Positions 1-486 of a DNA stretch of 486 nt are shown here, piece by piece (positions within the stretch are counted from its first letter, which is position 1; each line of letters opens with the position of its first letter). The stretch lies in the NCBI RefSeq assembly GCF_003334765.1, contig NZ_QOWT01000121.1; one strand, given 5' to 3'. The notes under the pieces were generated by a model that was given only the letters and a program-made list of their open reading frames with translations, did not search any database and was not told where the DNA came from. Source of the stretch: Escherichia coli. GTDB lineage: Bacteria > Pseudomonadota > Gammaproteobacteria > Enterobacterales > Enterobacteriaceae. The translations under genes were made by a program, and so were the position numbers.

Positions 1-486
1 GAAGCTGCGCAGCGTTTCCCGGTGCAGGCGGTCGCGGGTGTACTCCACCAGCGGTGTGTCGCCGAGTTTCATGCCTGCCAGGTAACCGCTGCCGTAGGTC
101 AGCCATTCCACGGCGGGCAGGCTGTCCGGTATACAGCGGTTCGCCAGCCCCTGCGCGTTGTACGCATGTCTGGTCTCATGCTGCCAGAGCAGTGCTTCCG
201 TCTGCGGGTGATGCACCGTCTGACGCTCACCGGTCAGCCGGCCTTTCTCATCATACCTGTAATGCACCGCCACCCGGTGCCCTTCGCTGATATGGCTGAT
301 GTCTGTCAGCCAGCCACGTTCGTCATACTGCCACCGCTCTGCGGTTTCACCCTTCACGGTGCGGTGCGTGAGGCGGTCTGCTTCGTCATAGTGCCAGTGG
401 GTGACCAGACCCTCATCCTCGCTGCGGATAAGTTTGCCGGTCAGGTCGTGGTGATAACGCTGTGTGCGGCCGTCAAAGCCGGTTTC
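1..486 (-). CDS. Rhs-family YD-repeat protein, internal core fragment (partial at both ends; polymorphic toxin scaffold)
   Basis: Seen in sequence: reverse-complement frame with codons at +484-486 down to +1-3 has no stop in 162 codons, while the other two minus frames hit stops within the first 4 and 15 codons (tga). Translation: ETGFDGRTQRYHHDLTGKLIRSEDEGLVTHWHYDEADRLTHRTVKGETAERWQYDERGWLTDISHISEGHRVAVHYRYDEKGRLTGERQTVHHPQTEALLWQHETRHAYNAQGLANRCIPDSLPAVEWLTYGSGYLAGMKLGDTPLVEYTRDRLHRETLRSF. It contains repeated Y-D-x-x-G-R/W-L motifs (WQYDERGWL, YRYDEKGRL, HWHYDEADRL, RYHHDLTGKL) at the spacing expected of Rhs/YD repeats, and codon choice is enterobacterial (ctg, ggc, cgc, acc). Established knowledge: the peptide closely resembles the conserved core of E. 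coli-type Rhs proteins as I recall them. I cannot tell which paralog or species from memory, so no gene symbol is given. Confidence 0.9.
187..270 (-). repeat. YD-repeat unit (peptide-level), near-canonical YRYDEKGRLTGE
   Basis: Residues 73-100, AVHYRYDEKGRLTGERQTVHHPQTEALL. This is the best match in the window to the R-Y-x-Y-D-x-x-G-R-L consensus. The YD dipeptide is encoded at +250-255 (atcata on +), 72 nt from the neighbouring YD. Boundaries are approximate. Confidence 0.7.
271..336 (-). repeat. YD-repeat unit (peptide-level), WQYDERGWL
   Basis: Residues 51-72, RWQYDERGWLTDISHISEGHRV. The YD dipeptide is encoded at +322-327 (gtcata on +), 63 nt from the YD of the neighbouring unit. Boundaries are approximate. 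Confidence 0.65.
337..408 (-). repeat. YD-repeat unit (peptide-level), HWHYDEADRL
   Basis: Residues 27-50, LVTHWHYDEADRLTHRTVKGETAE. The YD dipeptide is encoded at +385-390 (gtcata on + = tatgac on -). Boundaries are approximate. Confidence 0.6.
409..477 (-). repeat. YD-repeat unit (peptide-level), variant RYHHD...LTGKL
   Basis: Residues 4-26 of the minus-strand translation, FDGRTQRYHHDLTGKLIRSEDEG. Fits the Rhs repeat consensus G-x(3)-R-Y-x-Y-D-x(2)-G-R-L with the second Tyr replaced by His. Boundaries are approximate. Confidence 0.6.

Noticed and set aside
70-72. Internal ATG (Met139 of the minus-strand translation) as a possible start codon
   Set aside because: The reading frame and YD-repeat similarity continue without interruption upstream of it. 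The GGCAGG immediately 5' is too close to act as a Shine-Dalgarno sequence. It is an internal methionine of the core.
54-290. Plus-strand ORF of 78 aa from the supplied track (MCRRVSCLPGNRCRRSAIPRRAGCPVYSGSPAPARCTHV...)
   Set aside because: It lies entirely antisense to the Rhs core frame. Its composition is rich in Arg, Cys, Pro, Ala and Ser, typical of the reverse strand of a GC-rich gene, and it has no recognisable domain or motif. The same frame is open back to position 3, so the ATG at 54 is arbitrary, and there is no convincing ribosome-binding site upstream. I judge it a spurious overlapping ORF.
1-486. CRISPR array or nucleotide-level tandem repeat, suggested by recurring short motifs (gtcata, ccggtcag)
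   Set aside because: The recurrences are short (6-9 nt), irregularly spaced in multiples of the protein repeat, and separated by non-identical sequence. They come from conserved YD and LTG codons, not from direct repeats with spacers.
1-486. Mobile-element ends, promoter, terminator or small RNA
   Set aside because: The window is continuous coding sequence at high GC. There is no AT-rich -10/-35-like region, no stem-loop with a U-tract, and no inverted terminal repeats. Nothing of this kind can be supported.
1-486. A novel, previously undescribed system within the window
   Set aside because: Everything in the window is explained by a conserved Rhs core fragment. Any novelty at this locus would be in the C-terminal tip or immunity region, which is not in the sequence provided.

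Overview
The whole 486-bp window lies inside a single coding region on the minus strand: an internal fragment of an enterobacterial Rhs-family (YD-repeat) polymorphic-toxin core. The minus-strand frame whose last codon occupies + positions 1-3 is open for all 162 codons, with no start or stop in the window, and encodes seven consecutive YD-repeat units of about 21-28 residues each. GC content is about 62% by hand count (303/486). No RNA gene, CRISPR array, mobile-element end, promoter or terminator is supportable here. The one ORF on the supplied track (+54..290) is an antisense artefact of the GC-rich gene. I see no evidence of a previously undescribed system inside the window. The variable part of an Rhs locus (C-terminal toxin tip and immunity gene) would lie beyond coordinate 1, outside what I can see.
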